From positions 1-38,972 of IMG/VR virus record IMGVR_UViG_3300031184_000004: a DNA stretch of 38,972 nt; one strand, 5' to 3'. Shown here in pieces: positions 1 through 8,686 of this stretch (position 1 is its first letter; every line of letters begins with the position of its first letter). Under the pieces are notes generated by a model, which was given only the letters and a program-made list of their open reading frames with translations, was not told the origin of the DNA and did no database searches. Position numbers and translations under genes: made by a program. Origin of the DNA: a virus. Lineage: Duplodnaviria > Caudoviricetes.

Positions 1-32
1 CCTCAAAATCGTAAAAGGCATTTCGAAGTAAA

Positions 33-509
33 ATGAAGGAAAATCGCGGTCGGAAATCCGCAGCTTCGACGGAAATTACTACTCTTGCTAATAAAATTAG
101 CGAAGTTCAAATTATAACCTATGCCGAACCTCCCTATGAACTAAGAGAACCGGAAGCTAACGTATGGAATGCAACGGTTCGCGATAAATCTCCTGACTGG
201 TTCACACCTTCGACCTATCCGCTTCTCATGCAATATTGTCGGCATGTCGTGCGCGCCAACAATTTGGATTTTATGATTGATCAGTACGAACAAGACATCA
301 GACGAGCGGCAAGTGGGCAAGCAACCATGCATCATTTCGATGTTGGGTATGATAAGCTACTGACGATGCAAGCAAATCAAACTCGCATGATTGCGCATCT
401 GGCGACCAAGATGCGGCTTGCCCAACAATCTACGATCGATGAACAACACGCCAAGGGTGGCGCAATCGGCAAGGGCAAATCAGGACTATGGCAACGGCCA
501 GCAAGCTAG
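33..509 (+). CDS. terS: terminase small subunit (P27-like)
   Basis: 158 aa helical protein directly upstream of and overlapping terL; W...LL.QYC and 'ATKMRL..QS' pattern typical of small terminases of cos phages. Confidence 0.8.
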   Translation: MKENRGRKSAASTEITTLANKISEVQIITYAEPPYELREPEANVWNATVRDKSPDWFTPSTYPLLMQYCRHVVRANNLDFMIDQYEQDIRRAASGQATMHHFDVGYDKLLTMQANQTRMIAHLATKMRLAQQSTIDEQHAKGGAIGKGKSGLWQRPAS

Positions 510-2068
510 GGCGTACTCTTACCAGGGCCGAGAGCAACATCGTCTGGATCGAGCGCAACTGCCGCGTGCCCGAGGGTATGCACGCGGGCAAGCCCCTGTT
601 GCTGCGGCCGTGGCAGCGTGACGAGCTGGTCAAGATCTACGACAACCCGGCCGGAACGCGCACCGCGCTCATCAGCTTTGCACGCAAGAACGGCAAGACG
701 GCGCTGGCCGCGTGCCTCTTGCTGCTCCACCTCTGTGGACCAGAGGCGTTGCCCAACACGCAGCTGGTCAGCGCGGCGCAATCGCGGGACCAGGCGGCCC
801 TTCTGTTCAAGCTCGCCGCGCGGATGATCAGGCTCAATCCTGCGATGAACGAGGCCATCTCGATCCGCGACCACGCCAAGCAACTGGAGTTCAAAGAGCT
901 GGGTACTGAGTACCGTGCGCTCTCAAGCGACGCAGGCACGGCCTACGGCCTGTCGCCGGTGTTTGCCGTGCATGACGAGCTGGGGCAGGTCAAGGGGCCC
1001 ACCAGCGAGCTGTACGAGGCCGTGGAGACGGCAATGGGCGCGCATGACGCCCCGCTCTCGATCGTCATCAGCACGCAGGCGCCAACGGATGCGGATCTCC
1101 TGTCGGTTTTGATCGATGACGCGGCGACCGGCGTGGATCCGCGCACGACGCTCAGCCTCTACACCTCGCCGCGCTTCGTGTGGGTGGGTGGCAAGAAAAC
1201 CAAGGTGGACGCGTTCGCCGAGGAAACGGTGCGCATGGCGAACCCCGCGCTCGGCGACTTCCGCAATCTGCGCGATGCGCTCGACAACGCCGACAAGGCA
1301 CGGCGCATGCCGGCGCGCGAGCCTGCCTACCGCAATCTGATCCTCAATCAGCGGGTGCAAATGCGCTCGCCCTTCTGTAGCGAGAGCGTGTGGAGCGAGA
1401 ACGGCGCCGAGCCGACAACGCCCACATGGCACGGCATGCGCATCTTCGCCGGCCTGGATCTGTCTTCGACAACGGACTTGTGCGCCTTGGTCATCATCGC
1501 CGAGGACCGCGCCGGCTGGAACGTCTATCCGACGTTTTGGCTTCCCGAGGACGGGCTCGAAGATAAGGCCGAGAAGGACAAGGTTTCCTACCCGCTTTGG
1601 GTGGAGCAAGGTTTCTTGCAGGTCACGCCGGGCCGCACAGTGGATTACCAGTGGGTTGCGATCCAGGTGGCAAAGCTATTCGAGCATGCCGAGGTGGAAG
1701 GCATTGCTTTTGACCGATGGAATTGGAAACATTTCAAGCCGTGGCTTATCGAAGCTGGCTTAGAGACAGAGCAGCTTGCGAAATTCACCGAATTCGGGCA
1801 AGGCTTTCAATCTATGACGCCCGCGCTCCGCACCTTCGAGAGTGATTTGCTCAATTCCAAGTTTCGCCATGGCATGCATCCGGTGTTGACGATGTGCGCT
1901 GCAAATGCTGTCGTGACCAGCGATCCGGCGGAAAACCGCAAGCTCGACAAGGGCAAAAGCAACGGGCGCATTGACGGGATGGTGGCGCTGGCTATGGCGC
2001 GGGCTGTGGCGGGTGCGATGATTGCGGATGACGGCTATTTCGTTGAGGGCGAGGCGACAGTTCGATGA
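488..2068 (+). CDS. terL: terminase large subunit (Terminase_1 / HK97-like)
   Basis: Adenine-binding LRPWQ, Walker A ARKNGKT, Walker B AVHDELG, coupling motif ISTQ, nuclease GLDLSSTTD, C-terminal RIDGMVALAMA. Confidence 0.97.
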   Translation: MATASKLGRTLTRAESNIVWIERNCRVPEGMHAGKPLLLRPWQRDELVKIYDNPAGTRTALISFARKNGKTALAACLLLLHLCGPEALPNTQLVSAAQSRDQAALLFKLAARMIRLNPAMNEAISIRDHAKQLEFKELGTEYRALSSDAGTAYGLSPVFAVHDELGQVKGPTSELYEAVETAMGAHDAPLSIVISTQAPTDADLLSVLIDDAATGVDPRTTLSLYTSPRFVWVGGKKTKVDAFAEETVRMANPALGDFRNLRDALDNADKARRMPAREPAYRNLILNQRVQMRSPFCSESVWSENGAEPTTPTWHGMRIFAGLDLSSTTDLCALVIIAEDRAGWNVYPTFWLPEDGLEDKAEKDKVSYPLWVEQGFLQVTPGRTVDYQWVAIQVAKLFEHAEVEGIAFDRWNWKHFKPWLIEAGLETEQLAKFTEFGQGFQSMTPALRTFESDLLNSKFRHGMHPVLTMCAANAVVTSDPAENRKLDKGKSNGRIDGMVALAMARAVAGAMIADDGYFVEGEATVR

Positions 2069-3390
2069 GGTTGGGGCCGATCAATCTAACGTGGGGCTCG
2101 CCCGCGCCGCTCGACGGGGCTAAGGCCGCCGAGGGCTTGACCATCGATCAAGTCATCATGGCGCGGGACCAGCTGTTCAAGTCGGCGGCCGGCATCAGCA
2201 TCACGCCAGAGAATTGCATGCAATCGCCGACTATCGTCGCCATCGTTACGGCCATCTCGCGGCGCATCTCGACGCTTCCCATTCAAGTATTACGTAAGAC
2301 AGAGAGCGGTGGGCAAGCAAAGAAGGAACCGCAGCCGAACCATCCGGTAGCAAAGCTGCTAGCCAGCCCGAATGATTGGCAAGACAGCAATCAGTTTTGG
2401 CTTGATGCAACGTCACAACTTGTCAGATGGGGCAACTTCTTTTGCGTCAAATCTCGCGGTAGTACTGGCCCCATTCGCCAATTGCTTCCGCTTAATCCTG
2501 GTCAGGTCAACGTCAGGCAGGAACCTGACTGGAATGTCATTTACGAAACCTCGACGCCGTCCGGTGAGTTTCAACAGCTATCGCCATTCCAGATCTTGCA
2601 CGCTCGCGGCCCTGCCCGCGATAGCCTCAAGGGCGATAGCGTCGTCTACGACATCCGCGAGGCGATCGCGCTGGAGATCCAGGCCGAGCGGATGGGCGCC
2701 GCGGTATTCGGCAATACGGCGCTACCCTCGATCATCTTCAAGTTCGCCGAGGGTGCCCAGGGCTACAAAAACGAGGAAGATCGCAACAAATTCGTTCAAG
2801 GGTGGCAGGATGTCTACAGCAAGCACGGCCGGTTCACGGCTGCTCTCTTGCCCAAAGGGATTGAGGTGGACAACTCGGCCGCCATCGATAACGAGAAAGC
2901 GCAATATGTCCTGACGCGGCAATATCAGCGCACAGTCATCGCGGCGGCTTTCGGCGTTCCCGTGCATATGGTCGGCGACTTGTCCAAGGGCACGTTCAAT
3001 AATGTCGAACAACAGACCCTCGATTTTGTTATTAACGTCGTGCTGCCCTATGCGCGTATGTTTGAATGCGCCATGGAAAAGTCACTGCTTACCCAGGATG
3101 ACCGCAACGGCGGCATCATTATCAGGTTCAACCTTGACGCCATCTTGCGCGGCGACTTCAAGTCACGTCAGGAAGGGCTCAACATCCAACGGCAAGCCGG
3201 TGTGATCTCGGCCAATGACTGGCGCCAGCACGAGGACATGAACCCGATTAAGCCGTCCGATGGCGGCAACGAATATTGGCGACAGGGGCCGAGCGGTCAG
3301 GGCGCCACGCCACCAGGCAGCAAGCCGCCCACGCCTACGGACACGACAGACACGGGGGACGACAATGCGGATGCAAACGCTCAACCTTAA
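2065..3390 (+). CDS. phage portal protein, HK97 family
   Basis: ATGA overlap with terL; HK97-portal motifs (PNDWQ, LV.WGN, IAAAFGVP.HMVG, FNNVEQQ, FNLDAILRGD). Confidence 0.95.
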   Translation: MRLGPINLTWGSPAPLDGAKAAEGLTIDQVIMARDQLFKSAAGISITPENCMQSPTIVAIVTAISRRISTLPIQVLRKTESGGQAKKEPQPNHPVAKLLASPNDWQDSNQFWLDATSQLVRWGNFFCVKSRGSTGPIRQLLPLNPGQVNVRQEPDWNVIYETSTPSGEFQQLSPFQILHARGPARDSLKGDSVVYDIREAIALEIQAERMGAAVFGNTALPSIIFKFAEGAQGYKNEEDRNKFVQGWQDVYSKHGRFTAALLPKGIEVDNSAAIDNEKAQYVLTRQYQRTVIAAAFGVPVHMVGDLSKGTFNNVEQQTLDFVINVVLPYARMFECAMEKSLLTQDDRNGGIIIRFNLDAILRGDFKSRQEGLNIQRQAGVISANDWRQHEDMNPIKPSDGGNEYWRQGPSGQGATPPGSKPPTPTDTTDTGDDNADANAQP

Positions 3391-4099
3391 GCTCGAAATC
3401 AAGGCGCTCAACGATCGCGAGTTCGAAGGCTACGGGTCCGTGTTTAACAACATGGATCTCGTGGGCGATGTCATTGCGCCTGGCGCCTTCAAGGCTTCCC
3501 TCGCCGAGCACCGGGCCGAGGGCACCATGCCGCTTATGTTCTGGATGCACCGGCCGGACCAGGTAGCTGGAGCGTGGGTAAGCATGGAAGAGGATAAGCG
3601 TGGGCTCGCGGTCAAGGGTGAACTCGCCGACACACAGCTTGGCAACGAAATGCGCACCCTGCTTAAAATGAAGGCATTGCGCGGCCTCTCGATCGGTTTT
3701 CGCACCCTCGACAGCGATTGGGTGGACGATGAGGAAAACGGCGTTCACCGCGTCCTCAAGGAACTTGACCTTGTCGAGGTGTCGCTCGTATCCATGGCCG
3801 CGAACCCGCTGGCGCAAGTCTCCGCTGTCAAGTCGCGCCTAACGTCCGATGGGACTTATGTTCCGTCGAGCAAAGAGACAGAAAGCATGTTGCGCAAAGG
3901 CGGCTTTTCAAAAGCAGCGGCGCGCGATATGGTTTCCAAGATGCTTGGATCCGGTGCGATGCTGGAGACCGAGAAAGACGGCAAGTCCGGTGCGATGCTG
4001 GATCTTGGCGAAGTGAAGATCAATAAATTGCTCAAGGCATTCACTGCCGAGACAAAACCAGCAACCGACACTATTGCGGTGCCCTTTTGGCGCCGATAA
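3365..4099 (+). CDS. HK97-family prohead maturation protease
   Basis: FEGYGSVFNN.D..GDVIAPGAF, catalytic H (FWMH) and S (GLSIGF), EVSLVS..ANP; start moved to ATG 3365 (or 3371) after a GGGGGA RBS. Confidence 0.95.
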   Translation: MRMQTLNLKLEIKALNDREFEGYGSVFNNMDLVGDVIAPGAFKASLAEHRAEGTMPLMFWMHRPDQVAGAWVSMEEDKRGLAVKGELADTQLGNEMRTLLKMKALRGLSIGFRTLDSDWVDDEENGVHRVLKELDLVEVSLVSMAANPLAQVSAVKSRLTSDGTYVPSSKETESMLRKGGFSKAAARDMVSKMLGSGAMLETEKDGKSGAMLDLGEVKINKLLKAFTAETKPATDTIAVPFWRR

Positions 4100-4109
4100 A
4101 GGACCAAGC

Positions 4110-5417
4110 ATGACCACGCTCGCCGAGATCAACGAGGCTATCGACAAGATCGGCACGGCCTACGAGGCTTACAAGGAAACCAACGATAAGCGCATTGCGG
4201 CGCTGGAGAAGGGCAACAAGTCCGAAGTCGCGGAGCTGGAAATCAAGCTCGGCAAGATCGACAAGGATATCGTCAAGTTCGATGGCCTGAAAACCTCTCT
4301 TGAGCGCGAGATGGAATTCCAGCGCAATCGTCTGGAGCTGCTCGAAGCGCGCGCCAGCAACCCGAAGAAGACGGCGGCCGATGTGCTCAATGATGAGTAC
4401 AAGTCCGCATTCAACGGGTGGATCCGCAGCAAGGGCCAGAACTCTGGCTACGAACAGAAAATGGAGCAGCTCGCCCACAAGGCGCGGATGGAACACAAGG
4501 ACATCACCATCGGCACCCCTTCGGCCGGCGGCTATGCTGTTCCTGAGGAAATCAGCCGCACGATCGAACAGCTTGAGCTCAAATTCTCGCCGGTGCGTCG
4601 CTTGGTAAAGGTCGTCCAGGTCGGCACGTCGGACTATAAGGAACTCGTGTCGCTGCGCGGCGCGTCCAGCGGCTGGGTGGGTGAGACCGGGAGCCGCGTG
4701 GCAACCGATACGCCCACGCTGCGCGAGGTGGTGCCAACCCACGGCGAGCTGTATGCTTACCCGCAGGTCAGCGAATGGAGCTTGGACGACATCTTCTTCA
4801 ACGTCGAGGCTTGGTTGACTGACGAAGTGGCTCAGGAGTTCGCCTTGCAGGAAGGCGCGGCCGTCATCAGCGGCAACGGATCCAGCAAGCCCACGGGTAT
4901 GTTGAATACCACGCCGGTGCTGACTGCGGACTTCGCCTCGCCCCTGCGCGCGGCTGCGGCTTACCAGTATATCGTCAGCGATACCGATGCGGACGACAGC
5001 CCGGCATCGCCCGGCATCCGCGCCGATACGCTTATCGATACCGTCTATGCGCTCAACAGCGCCTATCGGTCCGAGGCTCAGTGGATCATGAACAGCTTGA
5101 CCACGGCCAGCGTGCGCAAGCTCAAGGACACCACGGGCCAGTATCATTGGCAGCCGGGCTTGCAGGCTGGCCAGCCGGCTATGCTGCTCGGCTATCCCGT
5201 CGAGACTTGGGAGCAAATGCCCGACATCGCGGCGAACAACTTCCCCATCGGTTTTGGGGCATGGCGCCGGGCCTACCTGCTTGTTGACCGCGTCGGCCTG
5301 CGTATCACCAGGGACAACGTAACCAATATTGGCTTCGTTCGCTTCTATGTGCGTCGTCGTGAAGGTGGTATCGTCCTCAATAACGACGCAGCCAAGTTCA
5401 TTCGCACGATCCAGTAA
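4110..5417 (+). CDS. major capsid protein, HK97 fold with N-terminal coiled-coil delta domain
   Basis: GGYAVPEE, WVGETG, G.GSSKP.G, LRKLKD..GQY.WQP, LLGYPV, RREGG; ATG 4110 after AAAGGA. Confidence 0.97.
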   Translation: MTTLAEINEAIDKIGTAYEAYKETNDKRIAALEKGNKSEVAELEIKLGKIDKDIVKFDGLKTSLEREMEFQRNRLELLEARASNPKKTAADVLNDEYKSAFNGWIRSKGQNSGYEQKMEQLAHKARMEHKDITIGTPSAGGYAVPEEISRTIEQLELKFSPVRRLVKVVQVGTSDYKELVSLRGASSGWVGETGSRVATDTPTLREVVPTHGELYAYPQVSEWSLDDIFFNVEAWLTDEVAQEFALQEGAAVISGNGSSKPTGMLNTTPVLTADFASPLRAAAAYQYIVSDTDADDSPASPGIRADTLIDTVYALNSAYRSEAQWIMNSLTTASVRKLKDTTGQYHWQPGLQAGQPAMLLGYPVETWEQMPDIAANNFPIGFGAWRRAYLLVDRVGLRITRDNVTNIGFVRFYVRRREGGIVLNNDAAKFIRTIQ

Positions 5418-5452
5418 TAACCGCCAACGATTGTAAGACTTACCAGTCTATC

Positions 5453-5483
5453 GCCCACCAAGCAGCCTAATTGCTTGGTGGGC
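5453..5483 (+). terminator. hairpin downstream of capsid gene (putative weak terminator or RNA-stabilising stem)
   Basis: GCCCACCAAGCA (5453-5464) and TGCTTGGTGGGC (5472-5483) form a perfect 12-bp stem; the following U-tract is weak (ACTTACTT). Confidence 0.6.
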
Positions 5484-5507
5484 ACTTACTTGCAACGAGG
5501 CGAGACA

Positions 5508-5795
5508 ATGAAGCTAATTCTCAAGAAAGACTGGATTGGGCCGAAAGGTGTATTGTATGCGGGGGAATATGCTATCCCGCGTAAAATCTCGCTCGCCCAC
5601 GCCAAATGCGCACGGGCCGATGGTGCTGGCGAGATTGAGCGCGACGCATCACCCGCACCGCTGGAGGCTGCCGTAGCGGCGCCCACGGTATTTCCCGACT
5701 TCGAGCACAAGGAACAGGCCGCAAGCCCCACGCCAACGCCCGAACCCGCTCGTACCCTCACAAGCACAGGTGGCCGAGGTAAATCCTCGCGCTAA
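5508..5795 (+). CDS. small post-capsid hypothetical protein with Pro/Ala/Thr-rich tail
   Basis: ATG 5508 after GAGG; position typical of small capsid-associated proteins. Confidence 0.65.
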   Translation: MKLILKKDWIGPKGVLYAGEYAIPRKISLAHAKCARADGAGEIERDASPAPLEAAVAAPTVFPDFEHKEQAASPTPTPEPARTLTSTGGRGKSSR

Positions 5796-6426
5796 CTGGT
5801 CAGCGTGCGTGGTGGCCGCCTCTGGTCCCTCGCTGACGGGCGAAGTGGCGGCAGCCATAGCGGCGAGCGGGTTGCCGGTTGTGGCCGTCAATGACGCCTA
5901 CAAACGTCTCCCGCTCGCCGATGTGCTCTACGCATGTGACGCCTCGTGGTGGCGCGACCGTGCGGGCGCCCGCGATTTCGCCGGTGAGCGCTGGTCATCG
6001 ATCGGCCGCCCAAGCCGCTTCCGGCATAACGACAAGGTGCGCGAGCAGGCGGCTTACGGCCTCAACCTCATCTTTGGCGACGATCTACCGGGCTTTAGCC
6101 TGTCCCCCAACTGCATTCATTACGGCGGCAACAGCGGTTTCCAGGGCGTCAACCTCGCGCTGTTGCTCGGCGCGCGCAGTATCATCCTGGTGGGCTTCGA
6201 CATGAGCAACGCCAAGGGTGCTCATTTCTTTGGTGCCCATAAACCGCCCTTGCGCAATACACAAAGCTATGTCAGTTTCATCCGAGCTTTTGAAACGGCG
6301 GCGAAGAAGCTACCGTCCCATATCCAAATCGTGAATGCCTCGCCGGGCTCGGCGCTTACCTGCTTCCCAAGAATGGATTTCGCCCATGCTCTCGCCCAAG
6401 TCGCCAACCGCAGTATCGCCGCTTGA
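5770..6426 (+). CDS. putative glycosyltransferase, GT42/Maf/DUF115 (MptE-like) fold
   Basis: CVVAASGPSL, VVAVNDAY, DVLYACD, NSGFQGVNLALLLGARSIILVGFDM, HFFG, IVNAS..SAL..FP. Confidence 0.7.
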   Translation: MAEVNPRANWSACVVAASGPSLTGEVAAAIAASGLPVVAVNDAYKRLPLADVLYACDASWWRDRAGARDFAGERWSSIGRPSRFRHNDKVREQAAYGLNLIFGDDLPGFSLSPNCIHYGGNSGFQGVNLALLLGARSIILVGFDMSNAKGAHFFGAHKPPLRNTQSYVSFIRAFETAAKKLPSHIQIVNASPGSALTCFPRMDFAHALAQVANRSIAA

Positions 6427-7015
6427 TACCTCGCCGTTCCCGCTAAGCCTCGATCTCGTCAAAGCCCACCTGCGGGAAGACAGCGACGATTTCGACACGA
6501 TTATCGAGCTTTATAGCCGTGCCGCCATAGAGTGGGCCGAGGGTGCGACGAAGCGCACCATCTACAGCCGATCGCATATGTGGATCCTCGGCGACTTCCC
6601 GCGCGATGTGTGCGGCGAGATTTGGTTGCCGCGCGGGAAGTGCTCGGCCGTCGAGAGCATCGTTTACCGCGACAGCCTGGGCGCGGCGCAAACGCTCCAC
6701 GGTCCCACGTCGAGCGTCTCGCCGGCCGGCGATGATTGGCAGGAGAACTTGACCGGCGACGCGGGAGGTTTCCTTTATCCCCCGCTCGGCGGCGTGTGGC
6801 CATCCGCCAATGTCTACGCTGCGGCGCCGGTGACGATCACGTTTACAGCGGGCTGGGCAAGCGCTGATGTACCTGCCGACATCACGCACGCGTTGTTGTT
6901 CGCCGTGGCCGATATGTACGATACGGCGGGCTCGGCCGACTTGACCGTGTTCGGCAAGAACCTCACCACACGCAACAGCCTCATCAGCCCCTACATCCTC
7001 AACAGGTGGTTTTGA
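6386..7015 (+). CDS. head-tail connector (gp6-like adaptor)
   Basis: LSLDLVKAHLRED..D.D.II, AIEWAEG.T.R, VTITFTAGW, VPADI.HALL..VADMY. Confidence 0.9.
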   Translation: MLSPKSPTAVSPLDTSPFPLSLDLVKAHLREDSDDFDTIIELYSRAAIEWAEGATKRTIYSRSHMWILGDFPRDVCGEIWLPRGKCSAVESIVYRDSLGAAQTLHGPTSSVSPAGDDWQENLTGDAGGFLYPPLGGVWPSANVYAAAPVTITFTAGWASADVPADITHALLFAVADMYDTAGSADLTVFGKNLTTRNSLISPYILNRWF

Positions 7016-8043
7016 TGTTCGCCCACCTTCCCGAGATCGAGCGGCGCCGGATCCAGATGCCGCCGCACACGATGCGTCTCAACCGGCTGGAGCGGCCGGA
7101 AGCGTGGCCGACAAGCATCCGCGCCAAGGTGCTGGACGCGATCGCCAACACGCCATGGCATCTCTATCCCGATTACCCGGCGTTCTATGAGCGGCTCGCC
7201 GAGTTCCTCGACGTGCGACCTACCGAGCTGGTGGTGGGCGCGGGAATCGAAGAGTTTATCCGCTCGCTCATGTTGCTTCACACCAGCAAACGTGTCGCAA
7301 TGCTGTGGCCGACTTGCGCAATGTTCGAACTCTACGCGCGCGCTTTCTGCGTCGAGCTGATCAAGATCAAGCCGAACCCGCATGAGAGATTGCGCGTCAG
7401 AGAAGTTGTCGAGGCTTGCCGTGAGCAGGCGGCCGATCTCTTGTTGCTGGTCAACCCTGGGCAACCAGTTCCGACATACTTTCCGCGCGGCTACATCTTC
7501 GAGATTTGCGAGCGGCTTCCCGATACCTGGGTGGCGGTGGATGAGGCTTATCATGGGTTTGGCGCCGAAAGCGCCATCGGTGGCCATGCCCAGTTCAAGA
7601 ACCTGACCGTGCTGCGGACCTTCTCGAAGGCGTTCGGCGCGGCCGGCATCCGCCTCGGCTATGCTGTCGGCGCACGCTCGACGCTCAATTATCTCGACGC
7701 GATCCGGCCGAGCGGCGAAGTGGGCGCGCTGTCCATGGCAACCGCTCGTGTGCTTATGGACAACTGGCTTGAGGTGGAAGGCTGGACAAGCGAGGTGATG
7801 GGCGGCCGCGATTGGCTGCGGCGTCAGTTTCAAATGTCTGGCTTGCCCGCGTGGGGCTTGCATGGCAATAGCGTCCTGGTGCAGCACCCGGATCCGGCTG
7901 GCATATGCGAGCAGCTTGCCGCGCGCGGCGTACTTGTGCGCAACGTGACCGGGCTCGACGGCGGCTACTTCATGGTGACGTGCGGCAGCATCGAGCTGAT
8001 GCAGAAATTCTGGAGCGTTTATGACGGTATTCCAAGAACTTGA
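7015..8043 (+). CDS. PLP-dependent class I/II aminotransferase or decarboxylase (HisC/CobD-like)
   Basis: YPD, VGAGIEE.I, VNPGQP, VDEAY.GF, PLP-lysine motif LRTFSKAFGAAGIRLGY, GVLVR; TGATG coupling to the connector gene. Confidence 0.9.
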   Translation: MFAHLPEIERRRIQMPPHTMRLNRLERPEAWPTSIRAKVLDAIANTPWHLYPDYPAFYERLAEFLDVRPTELVVGAGIEEFIRSLMLLHTSKRVAMLWPTCAMFELYARAFCVELIKIKPNPHERLRVREVVEACREQAADLLLLVNPGQPVPTYFPRGYIFEICERLPDTWVAVDEAYHGFGAESAIGGHAQFKNLTVLRTFSKAFGAAGIRLGYAVGARSTLNYLDAIRPSGEVGALSMATARVLMDNWLEVEGWTSEVMGGRDWLRRQFQMSGLPAWGLHGNSVLVQHPDPAGICEQLAARGVLVRNVTGLDGGYFMVTCGSIELMQKFWSVYDGIPRT

Positions 8044-8686
8044 GAACGGCTCGCTCCAATTTGTCGGCGATTTCGAGCGGCTCTACGAAACCGATGCGGA
8101 TCCGTGGGGCCAGAGCGCCACGAGCGGCGAGCGGGCGACGTATTATCGTTGGGCGCGTGCCCACCTCATCGGCCGGTTGAACAAATACCTCGGCGAGCGC
8201 GTCGAGGGGCTGGAGATCGGCTGTGGCCACGGTCATGTACTCGCCCAGCTTTGGAGCGAGTGCGGCGGCAAGTGGAGCGGAATGGATATCAGCAAAGCCG
8301 CATTGCAACAGGCCGCTGCAATTCGTCCAAGCATGCAATTCATTCATGGGGACATATCCGAACCTGTTCCGGCGTTTAAGCATGCATTCAATGTCGTCAT
8401 TTGGTCGCAAATGCTTTGGTATGTGGCAGAACCATATGAGAAGTTCCTTGCGTCGCTCGACAACAGCATGGGCATGCTTGCGGACGGCGGATTGTTTGTT
8501 GTGCATCAAGCTTTCTTGCCGGTTGGCGAGCAGCGTTATGCGCTCAAGACGATCAACGGCTTTCGCGGCGCGGTGGAGGCGTTCTCGCACTGGCCGCGCT
8601 TGCAGCTGCTTGAAGCCCGCTACCGCGAGGATGCGCTCGGCGGGTTGCACGATGGCCTCATGATCTTCAGGAAGCTGGTGAAGTGA
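8021..8686 (+). CDS. class I SAM-dependent methyltransferase (NodS-like)
   Basis: LY..DADPWG, motif I LEIGCGHG, GMDISK.A, F.HGDI, SQMLWYV, L.DGG. Confidence 0.88.
   Translation: MTVFQELENGSLQFVGDFERLYETDADPWGQSATSGERATYYRWARAHLIGRLNKYLGERVEGLEIGCGHGHVLAQLWSECGGKWSGMDISKAALQQAAAIRPSMQFIHGDISEPVPAFKHAFNVVIWSQMLWYVAEPYEKFLASLDNSMGMLADGGLFVVHQAFLPVGEQRYALKTINGFRGAVEAFSHWPRLQLLEARYREDALGGLHDGLMIFRKLVK

Noticed and set aside
4999-5018. 10-bp tandem repeat GCCCGGCATC x2 in the capsid gene as a frameshift or phase-variation site
   Set aside because: The reading frame is intact with conserved capsid motifs on both sides; only two units
4071-5216. Long antisense ORFs (e.g. 4071-5216, 6991-7887, 15111-15995, 16897-17850, 26864-27853, 34611-35534)
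   Set aside because: They are shadows of well-supported genes on the opposite strand in GC-rich DNA and have no recognisable motifs
7015-8043. Assigning gene symbol hisC or cobD
   Set aside because: The fold is clear but the substrate is not, and no other His or cobalamin genes are present
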